Shown: positions 9,583 through 20,425, counted from the first letter of the stretch. The stretch is DNA of 64,000 nt from Sedimentisphaerales bacterium (GCA_963666285.1 OY762711.1); one strand, 5' to 3'. Made by a program: numbers and translations. Notes: a model not told the origin generated them from the letters alone.

Positions 9583-11529
9583 ATGCCCAGATCAACAGAA
9601 ACAATAAACCCGCTGGATTTCATATACCCTGACAGGGAATCTGCGGCATCAGTACTGGACAATTTCCCCGCTGATGAGATATTGCAGACTAACATGAAAG
9701 CCTTACAAAGAGTTGATGCAAAACTCGCGGCTGTCATAGAAACAACACAAATACCGGAAAACTACAAACTGTCAATTACGGCAGATGGATATTTTTGTTT
9801 CAAAATATATGACCAGGATAATTTCAGCTGCTGGCCCGCTCAAAGATCTACCCCGGCAATTGCGGCCCGATGCGATACTAAAAGGCAAAACCTGGAACTT
9901 GCCAATGCTGCTATCAATGGATTTGGCGACGGTTATACTATTAAAGAAATTCTAGCTTCGCTTCTGCCCTTCCAGGCGATCTTTGTACTGGAAAAATATC
10001 CGGTTTTGATCAAAGCTTCGCTGTCTATTCACAACTTTAGCGAATATATTGAAAAAGGACAGCTTGTTATTATTTACGGAGAAAACCCTTATGATTCTCT
10101 CAAAGAATTCCTGATTGATAACAGCGGCTTTCAGTTAATTGAAAAATCTCTGTACCTCTATGAATTCACCGAACAGCAAAACAAGATATTTACCGGCGAA
10201 GTTACATCAGCGGTAGAAAAAGCCTATGAAACTATAATCCTTGACCTGGAATCAACCGGCAAAAAACTTTCATCCTTACAATCAAGAAAAATAGATATGG
10301 AAAACCTGGATAATTTTACGATTATCAATATCCCGGATTTCTTAAATCCAAAAGCTTCTATATTATCCAGGGATATTCTTGCCGGCTTCAAAGATAACGG
10401 TTTGAATACCCACCTGAACTTCTTTGACAGCCCGCGGTATGCATCAACAATTAGTCAGGCTGAAAAATATATTGAACAAAAGCCTGATGCTGTTGTAATG
10501 ATAAATAAATTCAGGAGTACATCAAGTTATAAATTCCCTGATACAATGCCGGTTATCAGTATAATGGATGGCATTTCACAAAATACTGTAGATAACCTTG
10601 ACACTTCCGCCATAAAGCCAAACGATATCATTATATGTGATAAACGATTGACCGGTGAGTTCCCAGAAAACAATGTCCTGGAACGCCAAAACTTTGTTAA
10701 TACTGATATCTATTATCCATCCGATATCAAAGATATGCATAATAACTCACTGCAAATTTCAAAACACGATGTTGTTATGATAACAGAGAGAACCCCGATC
10801 AGCCCAAATGCATACAATGTCAAGCTCAACAGCCAGATTGAACTTATCACTGCATGTTGTACGGCAATTGTAAAAGACCCGGCAGGTTATAATAAATCTC
10901 TCAATAAAATGTATTTCGAAAACGGTAAGAAAAAAGCCGGGGTTAAAATTTCAGATGATAAACTTAACGAATCTTTACTCGCAATTTTCTCTGAAATTGC
11001 CAAAGCCGTTGTGATCGACTGCTATGGTCTGGAAATAATTAAAGCCGGGTTTGATCTGGCTGTTTACAACTATGAACAGTACCTGCCAAACGGATTCTGC
11101 CCTGTTACTAGCAAAGATAACCCGCTGCCGCATTGGGAAGACTCACCGCTTCTCTATCATATTCGGGGAAAAGTATGTGACTCTCTCGAATTGAATATCA
11201 TAAATAACAGCGGTAAAATATTTGTCTGCACCTATAATGACGGACGGGTTGACCAGCTAATGCTGAATATTATTGCCTCTGGCGGATTTATCCTGACCAG
11301 GTCTCACCCACGTGACAATAAGCAGGATGGGCTGAAAGGCATTTTTGAGCCGGGCAAAGAAATAATCACTTATACCAACACCGGCGATCTATGCCGAAAG
11401 ATAGAATTTTATCTTAATAACGAAGATAAAAGATTAGCTATTGCCGATAAAGCACGCCAGAAACTGATCGAAAAAAGAACTGCCAAAAAGTTCTGCTATG
11501 AGATTCTCGAAAAACTTGCTAAAAGTTAA
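9583..11529 (+). CDS. CgeB/Glyco_trans_1_2-like glycosyltransferase-related protein with MAF-like N-terminus
   Basis: C-terminal IIASGGFILT...FEPGKEIITY...KIEFYL..EDKRLAIA pattern; N-terminal GFGDGY. Confidence 0.65.
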   Translation: MPRSTETINPLDFIYPDRESAASVLDNFPADEILQTNMKALQRVDAKLAAVIETTQIPENYKLSITADGYFCFKIYDQDNFSCWPAQRSTPAIAARCDTKRQNLELANAAINGFGDGYTIKEILASLLPFQAIFVLEKYPVLIKASLSIHNFSEYIEKGQLVIIYGENPYDSLKEFLIDNSGFQLIEKSLYLYEFTEQQNKIFTGEVTSAVEKAYETIILDLESTGKKLSSLQSRKIDMENLDNFTIINIPDFLNPKASILSRDILAGFKDNGLNTHLNFFDSPRYASTISQAEKYIEQKPDAVVMINKFRSTSSYKFPDTMPVISIMDGISQNTVDNLDTSAIKPNDIIICDKRLTGEFPENNVLERQNFVNTDIYYPSDIKDMHNNSLQISKHDVVMITERTPISPNAYNVKLNSQIELITACCTAIVKDPAGYNKSLNKMYFENGKKKAGVKISDDKLNESLLAIFSEIAKAVVIDCYGLEIIKAGFDLAVYNYEQYLPNGFCPVTSKDNPLPHWEDSPLLYHIRGKVCDSLELNIINNSGKIFVCTYNDGRVDQLMLNIIASGGFILTRSHPRDNKQDGLKGIFEPGKEIITYTNTGDLCRKIEFYLNNEDKRLAIADKARQKLIEKRTAKKFCYEILEKLAKS

Positions 11530-11621
11530 TTGGAGCAGAAACAAAATCATACACTACTATGCACTTGTATAATTACTTGTAAGCTGAAATACTGATAATA
11601 TCTGCCGAAAGAATCTATCAC

Positions 11622-12050
11622 CTACAAGCCGGGTTCACTGTCAGAAGTTACAATAGAAAAACTATCAGAAAGGTCCTTCGGTATCGCTACCGGCCTGCCG
11701 CCATCATTAACAAACGCCCATTCGGTCTCGCCCCGACATAAAATATGATTATCTGCCGGCCTGATTATAAGATATTTACGCTTTGACCGAACCTTGGCCA
11801 TCTCAGAGACCCATGTCTTGACAACAATTTCATCACCAAGAAAACCCGGGCGAAAATAGGTGAAATTATGATTTCTTACTACCCAACCTGCCTCTATCAA
11901 CCGGTATCTTTCAACCGGCCAGCCGTTAAAATCAGAATGTGCTATCGCTGCTCGCAATGTCCACCGGATATACTCCAGGTTATTGACATGATTATTCCCA
12001 TCTATAGCCTCTGCCGGCACAACCAGTTTATAACAAAAAACATCTACCAT
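11622..12050 (-). CDS. acyl-CoA thioesterase (hot-dog fold)
   Basis: IDGNNHVNNLEY motif. Confidence 0.88.
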   Translation of the reverse strand: MVDVFCYKLVVPAEAIDGNNHVNNLEYIRWTLRAAIAHSDFNGWPVERYRLIEAGWVVRNHNFTYFRPGFLGDEIVVKTWVSEMAKVRSKRKYLIIRPADNHILCRGETEWAFVNDGGRPVAIPKDLSDSFSIVTSDSEPGL

Positions 12051-12112
12051 GATAATTTACTTCGGCCAAGCCGCGATTACAGCCCTTATGCCTTATCACT
12101 TATTCCCATATA

Positions 12113-13504
12113 TTAATATTCCGGGGCATTTGACCTGTCAACAAACCTGGTCCACTGTTTCAGCCAGGTAAGTTCAATGATACCGGTTGGACCGTTACGC
12201 TGCTTTTCGATAATAATCTCGGCCTTGGTATCATCAATTTCATCTCCGATACCCGGATCAAAATTCCCTTCATCCTGTGCAGCATCCTCAACCAGTTTTT
12301 TCCGGTAATACCCTTCTCTGTGAAGCAGCATAACCACATCTGCATCCTGCTCAATATTACCTGACTCACGCAAATCGCTCATACGCGGTTTATGCCCGTC
12401 TCGACCTTCAGGACCACGGTTCAGCTGCGCCATTGCAATAACCGGAATCTCTAGCTCACGGGCAACTGCCTTGATATGACGGGATATCAAACCAACTTCC
12501 TGTGCCCGGCTCTCACAGCCAGGCGAACTCATAAGCTGCAAATAATCAATCACGATCATCTGGATATCATACTGCATCTTCATCCTGCGTGCCTTAGCCC
12601 TCAGCTCCAGCGGTGACAGCGTACTGCTGTCATCAACATACATCGGTGCCGCGGCCAGCTCTCCGGCTGTCACTGTCAGCATCTGGTGTTCCTGGTCGTT
12701 CAGCATACCCCGACGCAGCTTCTGGGAATCTACGTGAGCACGCCCCGCCAACATACGCTCTGCCAGCAATTGCGCTGACATTTCAAGGGAAAATATGGCA
12801 CAAGGGATATTATTATCAGCTGCCACATGTTCGGCTATATTCAGGCCTAGAGCTGTTTTTCCCATACTCGGACGAGCCGCTATAATTACCATTTCACCCG
12901 GCTGCAAGCCGCAAGTCATCCGGTCAAGATCATTGTAACCGGTAGGCAGCCCTGTAACCAGGCGACCGTCCCTCGTTTCCAGCGATGCAAATACATCATT
13001 CATTACATCACGCATTCCAACTGCGGTTCGAGTGACTTTCTTCTGGGTTACTTCAAAAATCTTACGCTCGGCATCTTCAAGGATTTCTGATACCTCGCTG
13101 CTGCCGCTAAATGCTTCCTCATTAATATCATTCGCTGCGGTTATAAGATTTCTTAGAAGGGCTTTCCCATGTACTATCTGGGCGTAGTACATCCCATTTA
13201 CTGCAGATGGTACTGCTTCTGAAATGGTGACCAAATACTCAATTCCGCCGACAACTTCAAGCTTGTTTCGACGTACTAATTCATCCTTTATTGTTATTAG
13301 ATCGACCGGCCTGTTATTCTCATACAGAGCCAGTATAGCATCGAATATCTCCGCATGATCGGTTCGATAGAAACAATCTCGATCTAATAGCTGCAGAATT
13401 TCACCCAATACTTCTTTACTAAGAAGCATTGACGCTAATGCTGCCTGCTCGGCATCAAGATCCTGCGGCGGAACGCGATGCTCTGCCGCAGGGTGCGATA
13501 CCAT
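12113..13504 (-). CDS. dnaB: replicative DNA helicase
   Basis: PPQDLDAEQ, AARPSMGKT, DYLQL and SDLRESGNIEQDAD; ATG 13504 chosen because it avoids overlap with rplI. Confidence 0.96.
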   Translation of the reverse strand: MVSHPAAEHRVPPQDLDAEQAALASMLLSKEVLGEILQLLDRDCFYRTDHAEIFDAILALYENNRPVDLITIKDELVRRNKLEVVGGIEYLVTISEAVPSAVNGMYYAQIVHGKALLRNLITAANDINEEAFSGSSEVSEILEDAERKIFEVTQKKVTRTAVGMRDVMNDVFASLETRDGRLVTGLPTGYNDLDRMTCGLQPGEMVIIAARPSMGKTALGLNIAEHVAADNNIPCAIFSLEMSAQLLAERMLAGRAHVDSQKLRRGMLNDQEHQMLTVTAGELAAAPMYVDDSSTLSPLELRAKARRMKMQYDIQMIVIDYLQLMSSPGCESRAQEVGLISRHIKAVARELEIPVIAMAQLNRGPEGRDGHKPRMSDLRESGNIEQDADVVMLLHREGYYRKKLVEDAAQDEGNFDPGIGDEIDDTKAEIIIEKQRNGPTGIIELTWLKQWTRFVDRSNAPEY

Positions 13505-13511
13505 ATTAGCT

Positions 13512-14021
13512 CTATTCGTCTCGCTCAGCGCCGTTTTCTTCTTCGACTTCTGATTCTGTTGCTGTGTCACTAGCTCCTCCCGGACCTACAACATTTACCT
13601 TAACTGATGCTGTGAGGTCAGATGCAAATTTCAATGTAACATCATAAACACCGACTTCTGTGATATGATGCGAAAGTACAACATGTCTGGTCTGTACTTC
13701 ATATACTGCATCCTGAAGAGCCTTGGCAATATCTGCTTCTGTAACTGAACCATACAGGTGCCCTGCGGCATTTGCATTCGATTCAATGGTTACTGATGCA
13801 TCTGCTACTTTCGCAGCAACCTTCTCGAGGGCTTCACGAGCCATACGACGTTCTTCTGCTCGTTTTGCTCGTTCTTCTTCGATTGCCTTGATTTTTGACT
13901 CTGTCGGCATTGTCGCCAACTGCTGCGGCAGCAAATAATTGCGACCGTATCCGTTTTTTACCTCTACAACATCCCCAAAATAACCGAGATCGGGAACATC
14001 TGCAAGTAATAAGAGTTTCAT
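13512..14021 (-). CDS. rplI: 50S ribosomal protein L9
   Basis: LGYFGDVVEVKNGYGRNYLLP and LYGSVT. Confidence 0.96.
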   Translation of the reverse strand: MKLLLLADVPDLGYFGDVVEVKNGYGRNYLLPQQLATMPTESKIKAIEEERAKRAEERRMAREALEKVAAKVADASVTIESNANAAGHLYGSVTEADIAKALQDAVYEVQTRHVVLSHHITEVGVYDVTLKFASDLTASVKVNVVGPGGASDTATESEVEEENGAERDE

Positions 14022-14139
14022 CTTAAAAAACCTCTTTCTTTTATAACTTATCCGTCAACTGCTAAAGTTAACTTAATAACCTGTAAACAATGAGATTATG
14101 TTTATGTTTCGTTTGATTATTTACAAGATTTACTACAAT

Positions 14140-14367
14140 CTAGCTTACATAAGGAAGCAACGCCATATATCTGGCACGCTTTACTGCAAGCTGAACCTTT
14201 CTCTGGCAAGCAGCACAATTACCGCTTCTTTTACGAGAGAAAATCTTGCCACGCTGGGTCAGAAGTTTTGAAAGAGTCTCGATATCTTTGTAGTCGATAT
14301 ACTTGGTCTTTGATCTGCAGAACCTGCATTCACTTTTTTCTCGTGTTGTTGTTACTCTTCTTGCCAC
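14140..14367 (-). CDS. rpsR: 30S ribosomal protein S18 (zinc-binding C+ form)
   Basis: CRFC, IDYKD, GNCAACQR and RARYMALLPY; GTG start. Confidence 0.96.
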   Translation of the reverse strand: MARRVTTTREKSECRFCRSKTKYIDYKDIETLSKLLTQRGKIFSRKRSGNCAACQRKVQLAVKRARYMALLPYVS

Positions 14368-14593
14368 TTTGTGTACTCCACTTAAAACTGTTTACTATTA
14401 CTGCTGTTCAGTCATACTATCTATATCAAAACGGCATCAACCGTATCATATTCTCAAGATCCTGACTCTAAAGCTTGCAAATATAAGCCATTATACATTA
14501 GCGTCAGCTTATAAATTCAGGGCGTGTCAGCGACACCTTTTTACTTCATTCTTAATTCGTCATTTAATTTTAACTGCCAAAAGGCTGGTAAAA

Positions 14594-15052
14594 TTAGAAT
14601 GGTATATCATCATCAGCCGGAGGCTGCGGGGCTTCCATTCCGCCCCCTGCTTCGCCATACTGGTCCATCGAAGATGATGGTCGGCCGCCGCCGTTATAAC
14701 CGCCGCCACCCTGGTTGCCGCCTGAACTGCCGACAAAGGTAAAGTTCTCAACATATATTCTATGCTTAGATCTCTTACTGCCGTCTGGTGCATCCCAGCG
14801 ATCAAGGGTTAACCTGCCTTCTACCATTATTGGCTTACCTTTACTGAAATACTTCTGTATTACTTCAGCACGCTTACCATACATACGACAGTCAATAAAA
14901 CAGGTATCTTCTCGATCCTGACCGTCACTGCCGCGAAAACGATGAGTAGATGCTAATGAAAACTCTACTACCGCCGTTTGACTCGGCAGATAAGACAACT
15001 CCGGATCACGAGTCAGATTGCCCATCATTATTACTTTGTTAAAACTAGACAT
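14594..15052 (-). CDS. ssb: single-stranded DNA-binding protein
   Basis: NKVIMMGNLTRDPE and C-terminal DDDIPF. Confidence 0.97.
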   Translation of the reverse strand: MSSFNKVIMMGNLTRDPELSYLPSQTAVVEFSLASTHRFRGSDGQDREDTCFIDCRMYGKRAEVIQKYFSKGKPIMVEGRLTLDRWDAPDGSKRSKHRIYVENFTFVGSSGGNQGGGGYNGGGRPSSSMDQYGEAGGGMEAPQPPADDDIPF

Positions 15053-15132
15053 TCCATGCTCCTGTCATCGCAATTATATATAAATTAAGATGCGATAAGC
15101 TTGATTAAAACAGATGCAAAGCAACTGAGCAA

Positions 15133-15588
15133 TTAGTCATCGATGTCATCTATTGAAGGTGCATTTTCCAGCTCTTCTTCAATTTCATCATCTTCTTCTT
15201 CAAGCTTATCTTCTTCTGCTGATTCTTCTTCTGAACGACTTACACCGCTCTCCAATGGAGTTGGCCTGTCCTGAATCTCTTGAGGTATTATGTCACCCTT
15301 CAGAATGAGAACTCGCAGAATATCTTCTGATATCTGTACATCTCTTTCAATTCCTGTAATCTTCAAAGGATCTGCATTGAAATAGGTCAAAATGTATGTT
15401 CCGCGAACTGATTTTGCTACTGGGTAACATAATCTGCGGTCATCCCACTTCTTAAGTGAAATAACTTCTGCTTCCGCGCGACTTAGAATTGTTTGAACTG
15501 CTTCAACGGTAGCGTCCCAATTGCCGTTAGCAAGGGCTGAATCTACCAGGAACATTCCTTCGTATTTACGAACTTCGCTGCTACTCAA
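15133..15588 (-). CDS. rpsF: 30S ribosomal protein S6
   Basis: KYEGMFL, W..RRLCYP and acidic tail; TTG 15588 preceded by GGAGG; rpsF-ssb-rpsR synteny. Confidence 0.92.
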   Translation of the reverse strand: MSSSEVRKYEGMFLVDSALANGNWDATVEAVQTILSRAEAEVISLKKWDDRRLCYPVAKSVRGTYILTYFNADPLKITGIERDVQISEDILRVLILKGDIIPQEIQDRPTPLESGVSRSEEESAEEDKLEEEDDEIEEELENAPSIDDIDD

Positions 15589-15659
15589 AGCAACCTCCCG
15601 CACGTAAAGTGCATCTAATAATTAAACTAAAAAAATCTTATTAACTTTTATATTTTCAA

Positions 15660-16229
15660 TTACGGCTCTATCGAACCATTGTACTCATTCATCGTCGATT
15701 TTATTCCGTTTGCAATCCAGTACTCAACGGCATCTGCCGATTTCTCCAGTACTCGATCAAGCATCGGAACCTCATCGTCTTCAAAATTGCCAAGCACATG
15801 CTTGACTGTATTGCCAAATTTCGGACCGCTTATTCCTACCCGCAAGCGGGAAAAATCATCGGTGCCTAGTCGGTTTATTATATCTTTTACACCGTTATGG
15901 CCGCCGGCTGAGCCTTTCGCCCGGCATCGTATCGTACCCAGGTCAATTGCAAGGTCATCATAAATTACCAGCAGATCGTCCAGGTCGGCCTTATAAAAGA
16001 CCATCGCCTCAAGAACACTTCCGCCGCTGCGATTCATAAACGTCTGCGGCTTGATCAGTACGACATTTTCATAGCCGCACATCCCGCCGCCGTATCGGGC
16101 CTGAAATTTCTTCTTGCCCATTTCGATCCCCCATCGCTGAGACAGCTTGTCAACCAGCATAAAACCTATATTATGGCGGTTGTTCTTATACTCAGCACCT
16201 GGGTTGCCTAGTCCAACAATAAGCTTCAT
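15660..16229 (-). CDS. pth: peptidyl-tRNA hydrolase
   Basis: VGLGNPG, RHNIGF, KPQTFMNRSG and GGHNG. Confidence 0.97.
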   Translation of the reverse strand: MKLIVGLGNPGAEYKNNRHNIGFMLVDKLSQRWGIEMGKKKFQARYGGGMCGYENVVLIKPQTFMNRSGGSVLEAMVFYKADLDDLLVIYDDLAIDLGTIRCRAKGSAGGHNGVKDIINRLGTDDFSRLRVGISGPKFGNTVKHVLGNFEDDEVPMLDRVLEKSADAVEYWIANGIKSTMNEYNGSIEP

Positions 16230-16308
16230 AATAGTCCTGACTCTGGCTCAGTTTTGATCCTGAAGATATTCGTCTCTAGACCGGCAAGCAGCTTCAAGGC
16301 AGCAGAAA

Positions 16309-16950
16309 TTACTCTGCTGATTCCTCATCTTCTTTCTTGCGACCGATTACTTCTGGTTCATCTCCGGCGCCTTCGCCTTCTTCACCTTCTTCTTCAGCCT
16401 TCTCAACCACTACAGAGCATGCTGCTACTGGTGTCGAAGGATCGGTGATTAGTGTTGAACCGGCTGGAAGCTCGATTTCACCTGCGGTAAGAATCTCGCC
16501 TATGCCTAGCTCTGAAACGTTTACACGAACTTCGTCTGGAATACTCATTGCTTCACATTCCAGCTCGATATCCGTTACACGCTGCTCCAGAACACCGCCT
16601 TCTGATGTACCCTTAGCTGTACCTTTCAATACAACTTCAACATGCACCTGTACTTTCTCGTGAATATCTACACGTGCAAAGTCGATATGGATAATCGTAT
16701 CGCCAAGGTAATCATACTGCACATCTTTTACCATAACGGTCTCTTTTGCACCACCAAAGTCCAGGTTGAACAAACGGTGATGATGGTGTAGTGCTAATAC
16801 CAGTTCATGAGCATCTACACTAACCGCCACGGGTTCTTGCTTGTGGCCGTAAACGATAGCAGGCATTTTTCCTGTTGCACGCGCTTTACGGGTCGTGCGG
16901 GTACCTAACTTCTCTCGCTTTTCAGCTTTTATTAATACTGCGTCTGACAT
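16309..16950 (-). CDS. rplY: 50S ribosomal protein L25/Ctc
   Basis: PAIVYG, HIDF and long Ctc-type C-terminus; prs-rplY-pth synteny. Confidence 0.94.
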   Translation of the reverse strand: MSDAVLIKAEKREKLGTRTTRKARATGKMPAIVYGHKQEPVAVSVDAHELVLALHHHHRLFNLDFGGAKETVMVKDVQYDYLGDTIIHIDFARVDIHEKVQVHVEVVLKGTAKGTSEGGVLEQRVTDIELECEAMSIPDEVRVNVSELGIGEILTAGEIELPAGSTLITDPSTPVAACSVVVEKAEEEGEEGEGAGDEPEVIGRKKEDEESAE

Positions 16951-16952
16951 CT

Positions 16953-17900
16953 TTACCTCATCAATTTGTACTTCTTAAATATTGCGCTTACTGATTTATC
17001 GTGATGGATCCGATCGATAGCTTCACCTATTAGCTCTGCAACAGACAGAACTTTTAGCTTATCCATGCTTTTTACATCTTCACGCATCTCTATTGTATCA
17101 GTAACAACAACTTCATCTATTACTGATTGTTTCAATCTTTCTACTGCCGGACCGGCAAATACGCCGTGTGTCGCTGCTACTCGTACTGAATTCGCTCCGT
17201 GTGATTTTACTACCTCTGCCGCAGTACATATTGTACCGGCCGTTGAGATCATATCATCAAACATCAACACATCTTTGCCGCTGACTTCACCTATTATATG
17301 GCCCATCTCTACTTCGGTACCGCTTTTTCGGTGCTTATCAATTACCGCCATGTCACCGCCAAGCATCCTGGCATAAACATTGGCTGTTTTCATGTTACCC
17401 ACATCAGGAGAAACTATCACCATATTTTTCATTTCCATCTCATCGAAATAGCTGCCTATTACAGGCACCGCGGTCAGGTGATCCAGCGGAATATCGAAGA
17501 AACCCTGAATCTGCTCGGCATGCAGATCTATTGCCAGAACCCTGTCACACTTTGCCGCGGTCAGCATATTCGCTACCAGCTTGGCTGTTATAGGGGTGCG
17601 GCCCTGGCTCTTGCGGTCCTGCCGGGCATATCCGTAATATGGTAACACTGCGGTAATACGTCTGGCTGATGCGCGATGCAGTGAATCGATAAAGACAAGT
17701 AATTCCATTAGATTGTCATTTACCGGCGAACAGGTAGGCTGTATCACAAAACAATCCTGCCCGCGAACATCATCATAAATGCGTACATGAGTCTCACCGT
17801 CCGGAAACGGTTTAACTTCGGCACTGCCCAAAGGCACTTCCAGATAATCGCATATCTTATTTGCGAGGTCTGGATTCGCATTACCACTAAAAATTCTCAA
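16953..17900 (-). CDS. prs: ribose-phosphate pyrophosphokinase
   Basis: FPDGE, YGYARQDRK, VSPD and DDMISTAGT. Confidence 0.97.
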   Translation of the reverse strand: MRIFSGNANPDLANKICDYLEVPLGSAEVKPFPDGETHVRIYDDVRGQDCFVIQPTCSPVNDNLMELLVFIDSLHRASARRITAVLPYYGYARQDRKSQGRTPITAKLVANMLTAAKCDRVLAIDLHAEQIQGFFDIPLDHLTAVPVIGSYFDEMEMKNMVIVSPDVGNMKTANVYARMLGGDMAVIDKHRKSGTEVEMGHIIGEVSGKDVLMFDDMISTAGTICTAAEVVKSHGANSVRVAATHGVFAGPAVERLKQSVIDEVVVTDTIEMREDVKSMDKLKVLSVAELIGEAIDRIHHDKSVSAIFKKYKLMR

Positions 17901-18043
17901 ACTGATCGTTACCTCAAATATCTATATTCACTTGTTATTTTTTGTTTCGCCGCTAGGCGATAATATTAGAAAGAGCTTTTGCGAGTACTATAACTCTTAA
18001 CTCTTAGTTCTTAACTTATTCCAGTACCTAATACTAGATAAAA

Positions 18044-18115
18044 CAACCCGACCAGGACTCGAACCTGGAATGGAAGTACCAAAAACTTCTGTGTTACCGA
18101 TTACACCATCGGGTT
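18044..18115 (-). tRNA. tRNA-Gln (anticodon TTG), CCA not encoded
   Basis: Minus strand folds as AACCCGA TG GTGT AATCGGTA ACAC A GAAGT TTTTGGT ACTTC CATT CCAGG TTCGAGT CCTGG TCGGGTT G; lies upstream of prs. Confidence 0.95.
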
Positions 18116-18493
18116 ACTTTATTTATTTTTCACTATACGCCATTGGCGATTATAATTTAACCGTGCGAAGCGAGCACCGCCCCTAATACCTAATATCAAG
18201 GACCTAAAACTTATCAAAAACGGAAACAGACCAAAAAGACATGATACAGCAAGACAATTATGTCTTTCGCTAGTAGCGGGAAAGTGCTGTATCTGTCGAG
18301 GCCTGTACCGGGTTAAACCGCTCTGCCCGGCCCATCGCATAGCTTGCCCCATACGACAGATAGACGAATAATTATACTACAGATTCCACTTTATGCAACC
18401 TTTTTCTTTAAAAAAACTGCGCCTACTGGCATTAAACCATAAATCCTTGTAAAAAAAATATTTACAAGAAAACACTGACCTGAAATAGGCATA

Positions 18494-20425
18494 TCACTCA
18501 TAACCGGTCCCATAAAGCCAATATTGTGTAATATCATACAAATAAGATAAATAGTCCGCCGAGGAAACCTCCAATGCTATACTTTGCAGGTCAAACAGAT
18601 CTACTTTCCCATCACCTGACATGTCAGCAGTGTTACTAACCTCTATAAATTCGAGTGTAACAGAATCAACCCCACACCATTTGTCACAGCCCTGTCCATC
18701 AGTATCGGCTGTTGTTATTTCAATTTCAAAATAATTACCCAGACATTCCATATCATTAGTTGCAGTAAATGCCGTTGAATATTTTTTCCAACTCGCAGAA
18801 GAATCACTTAAAATAAAAGTCTCACTTAAAATTTGACATTCTTCTTCCCCTGCCGAATTAAAAGCCAGAATCAGCTTGTCTGCATTATCGTAATTGTTTA
18901 CCCATACGGAAAAAATATATTTATCGCCAGACTTTATGGCTTGGTTGATCTTCTGGCTAACAGAAATTTCTCCGTTTAACCACATCCCATAGCTCCCAGA
19001 ATGTACTAAAAGAGGGTGAGACATGACTCCCCAACTTGAATAATATTCTCCTTCAGAACTCCACCCTGAATTGTCGCCGCTTTCAAAACCAGGATTAACA
19101 ATATTAACAGGACAACCTTTAACTATAATATCAACATCTGAACTATTGCTATATTCAATTCCATTAAATACCTGATACGAAAAACTATCTTTACCTGACA
19201 CTCCGGGATACGGAACATAGGTAAAAGCTCCGCTGTCTTCTACATGCAAATTACCTTTACCCGGCTTCGCAGAAATAAAAACAGCCGTTTTACCTGCAAC
19301 ATAAAGATCATTGCCAAGAATTCCCGGTGAATCAACCACCAGCTTTTCAGATGCAAACATTTCATAGTTATCATTATATGTCGATACAGACTGCGGCAAA
19401 TTAGGATCACGAATAAATATTGGCGAAGACCAGGCACAATCGCCATCCTCTTGTGCAATAAATAAGTATAAATAATCTCCATGCTCGGTTGATATTACAA
19501 TATTCTCATTTACATTTGATATTTGCGGGTATATTGTCATTTCACGCAAACCATTTTTTATGATAGCTATCTCTGTAATGAACTCTCCATCACTATCTGA
19601 AACTTGTATTTCTGCAATATGATCGCCCGCTTTTTCTACAATATCACCCTGATAATGTCCATCAATCTTAAAATGAATATCCAGGTTTTTATCCAGAGTA
19701 GAAAAAAAACGTCTCTTTGTTAACGCATCAAGAATATCAGCTCGAGTGTTCGCTTCTGCCCTGACAGCCAAACGATAATCATTTAGCGCTCCCCACAACT
19801 TCCTGTGGTTATCCTGACTACCTGCTGCACCAACCATCCACCCCCTTGTCAAAGCCTCGTCATAAACAGGTAAATCATCATCTTGGTATAAGCCTCCGTT
19901 AAAATAAAAATCAGTCCTGGATATATTCCAAAGCTCCATACCTACAACCTTATAAGAAAAGCTGCCTTCAAACCTATTAAATTCTAATGGTACCCCAATT
20001 CTGGGATGGTTAAAAAAAGCAACAGCATTGTCTGTATTATTTAACCATATCAGAAAATCGTCAAACGTTTTAGAAGAATAAATATCAGTATAACTGCTAG
20101 CTCCGGTTACCGTCATATGACCGTAATCTTCGCTTGTCCATTCAAAGCCCCATAATGCAGTATAAACATTATCCTGATTAAAATTGTTTGCTGTATCAAT
20201 AATCTCTTCATATTTTTCTTCAGTAAGATAAAAAGCATGATCTGCTAACGAAAAAAAATCAAGCTGTGCTACATCTCTGGCATACTCGTAGGCTTCTGCA
20301 GGTGTCCCATGACCATCAGAAAAATTACTGTGACTATGAAGCATACCGTAATATGTATGCAGCTCACCTGCCCCCAGAACCGAACATAACGTCAGTAAAA
20401 ATAAAACTTTACAAATTATACGCAT
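18494..20425 (-). CDS. secreted PHP-domain (CehA/McbA-like) metallohydrolase with Ig-like, CBM-like and dockerin-like domains
   Basis: Signal peptide; HSHSNFSDG, ADH, NHP and SQDNH; DSFSY Ig repeat; NPGFESG; ADMSGDGKVDLFDL at the C-terminus. Confidence 0.8.
   Translation of the reverse strand: MRIICKVLFLLTLCSVLGAGELHTYYGMLHSHSNFSDGHGTPAEAYEYARDVAQLDFFSLADHAFYLTEEKYEEIIDTANNFNQDNVYTALWGFEWTSEDYGHMTVTGASSYTDIYSSKTFDDFLIWLNNTDNAVAFFNHPRIGVPLEFNRFEGSFSYKVVGMELWNISRTDFYFNGGLYQDDDLPVYDEALTRGWMVGAAGSQDNHRKLWGALNDYRLAVRAEANTRADILDALTKRRFFSTLDKNLDIHFKIDGHYQGDIVEKAGDHIAEIQVSDSDGEFITEIAIIKNGLREMTIYPQISNVNENIVISTEHGDYLYLFIAQEDGDCAWSSPIFIRDPNLPQSVSTYNDNYEMFASEKLVVDSPGILGNDLYVAGKTAVFISAKPGKGNLHVEDSGAFTYVPYPGVSGKDSFSYQVFNGIEYSNSSDVDIIVKGCPVNIVNPGFESGDNSGWSSEGEYYSSWGVMSHPLLVHSGSYGMWLNGEISVSQKINQAIKSGDKYIFSVWVNNYDNADKLILAFNSAGEEECQILSETFILSDSSASWKKYSTAFTATNDMECLGNYFEIEITTADTDGQGCDKWCGVDSVTLEFIEVSNTADMSGDGKVDLFDLQSIALEVSSADYLSYLYDITQYWLYGTGYE

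Noticed and set aside
13505..13570. Extended DnaB N-terminus overlapping rplI
   Set aside because: ATG 13504 just after the rplI stop gives a normal DnaB start
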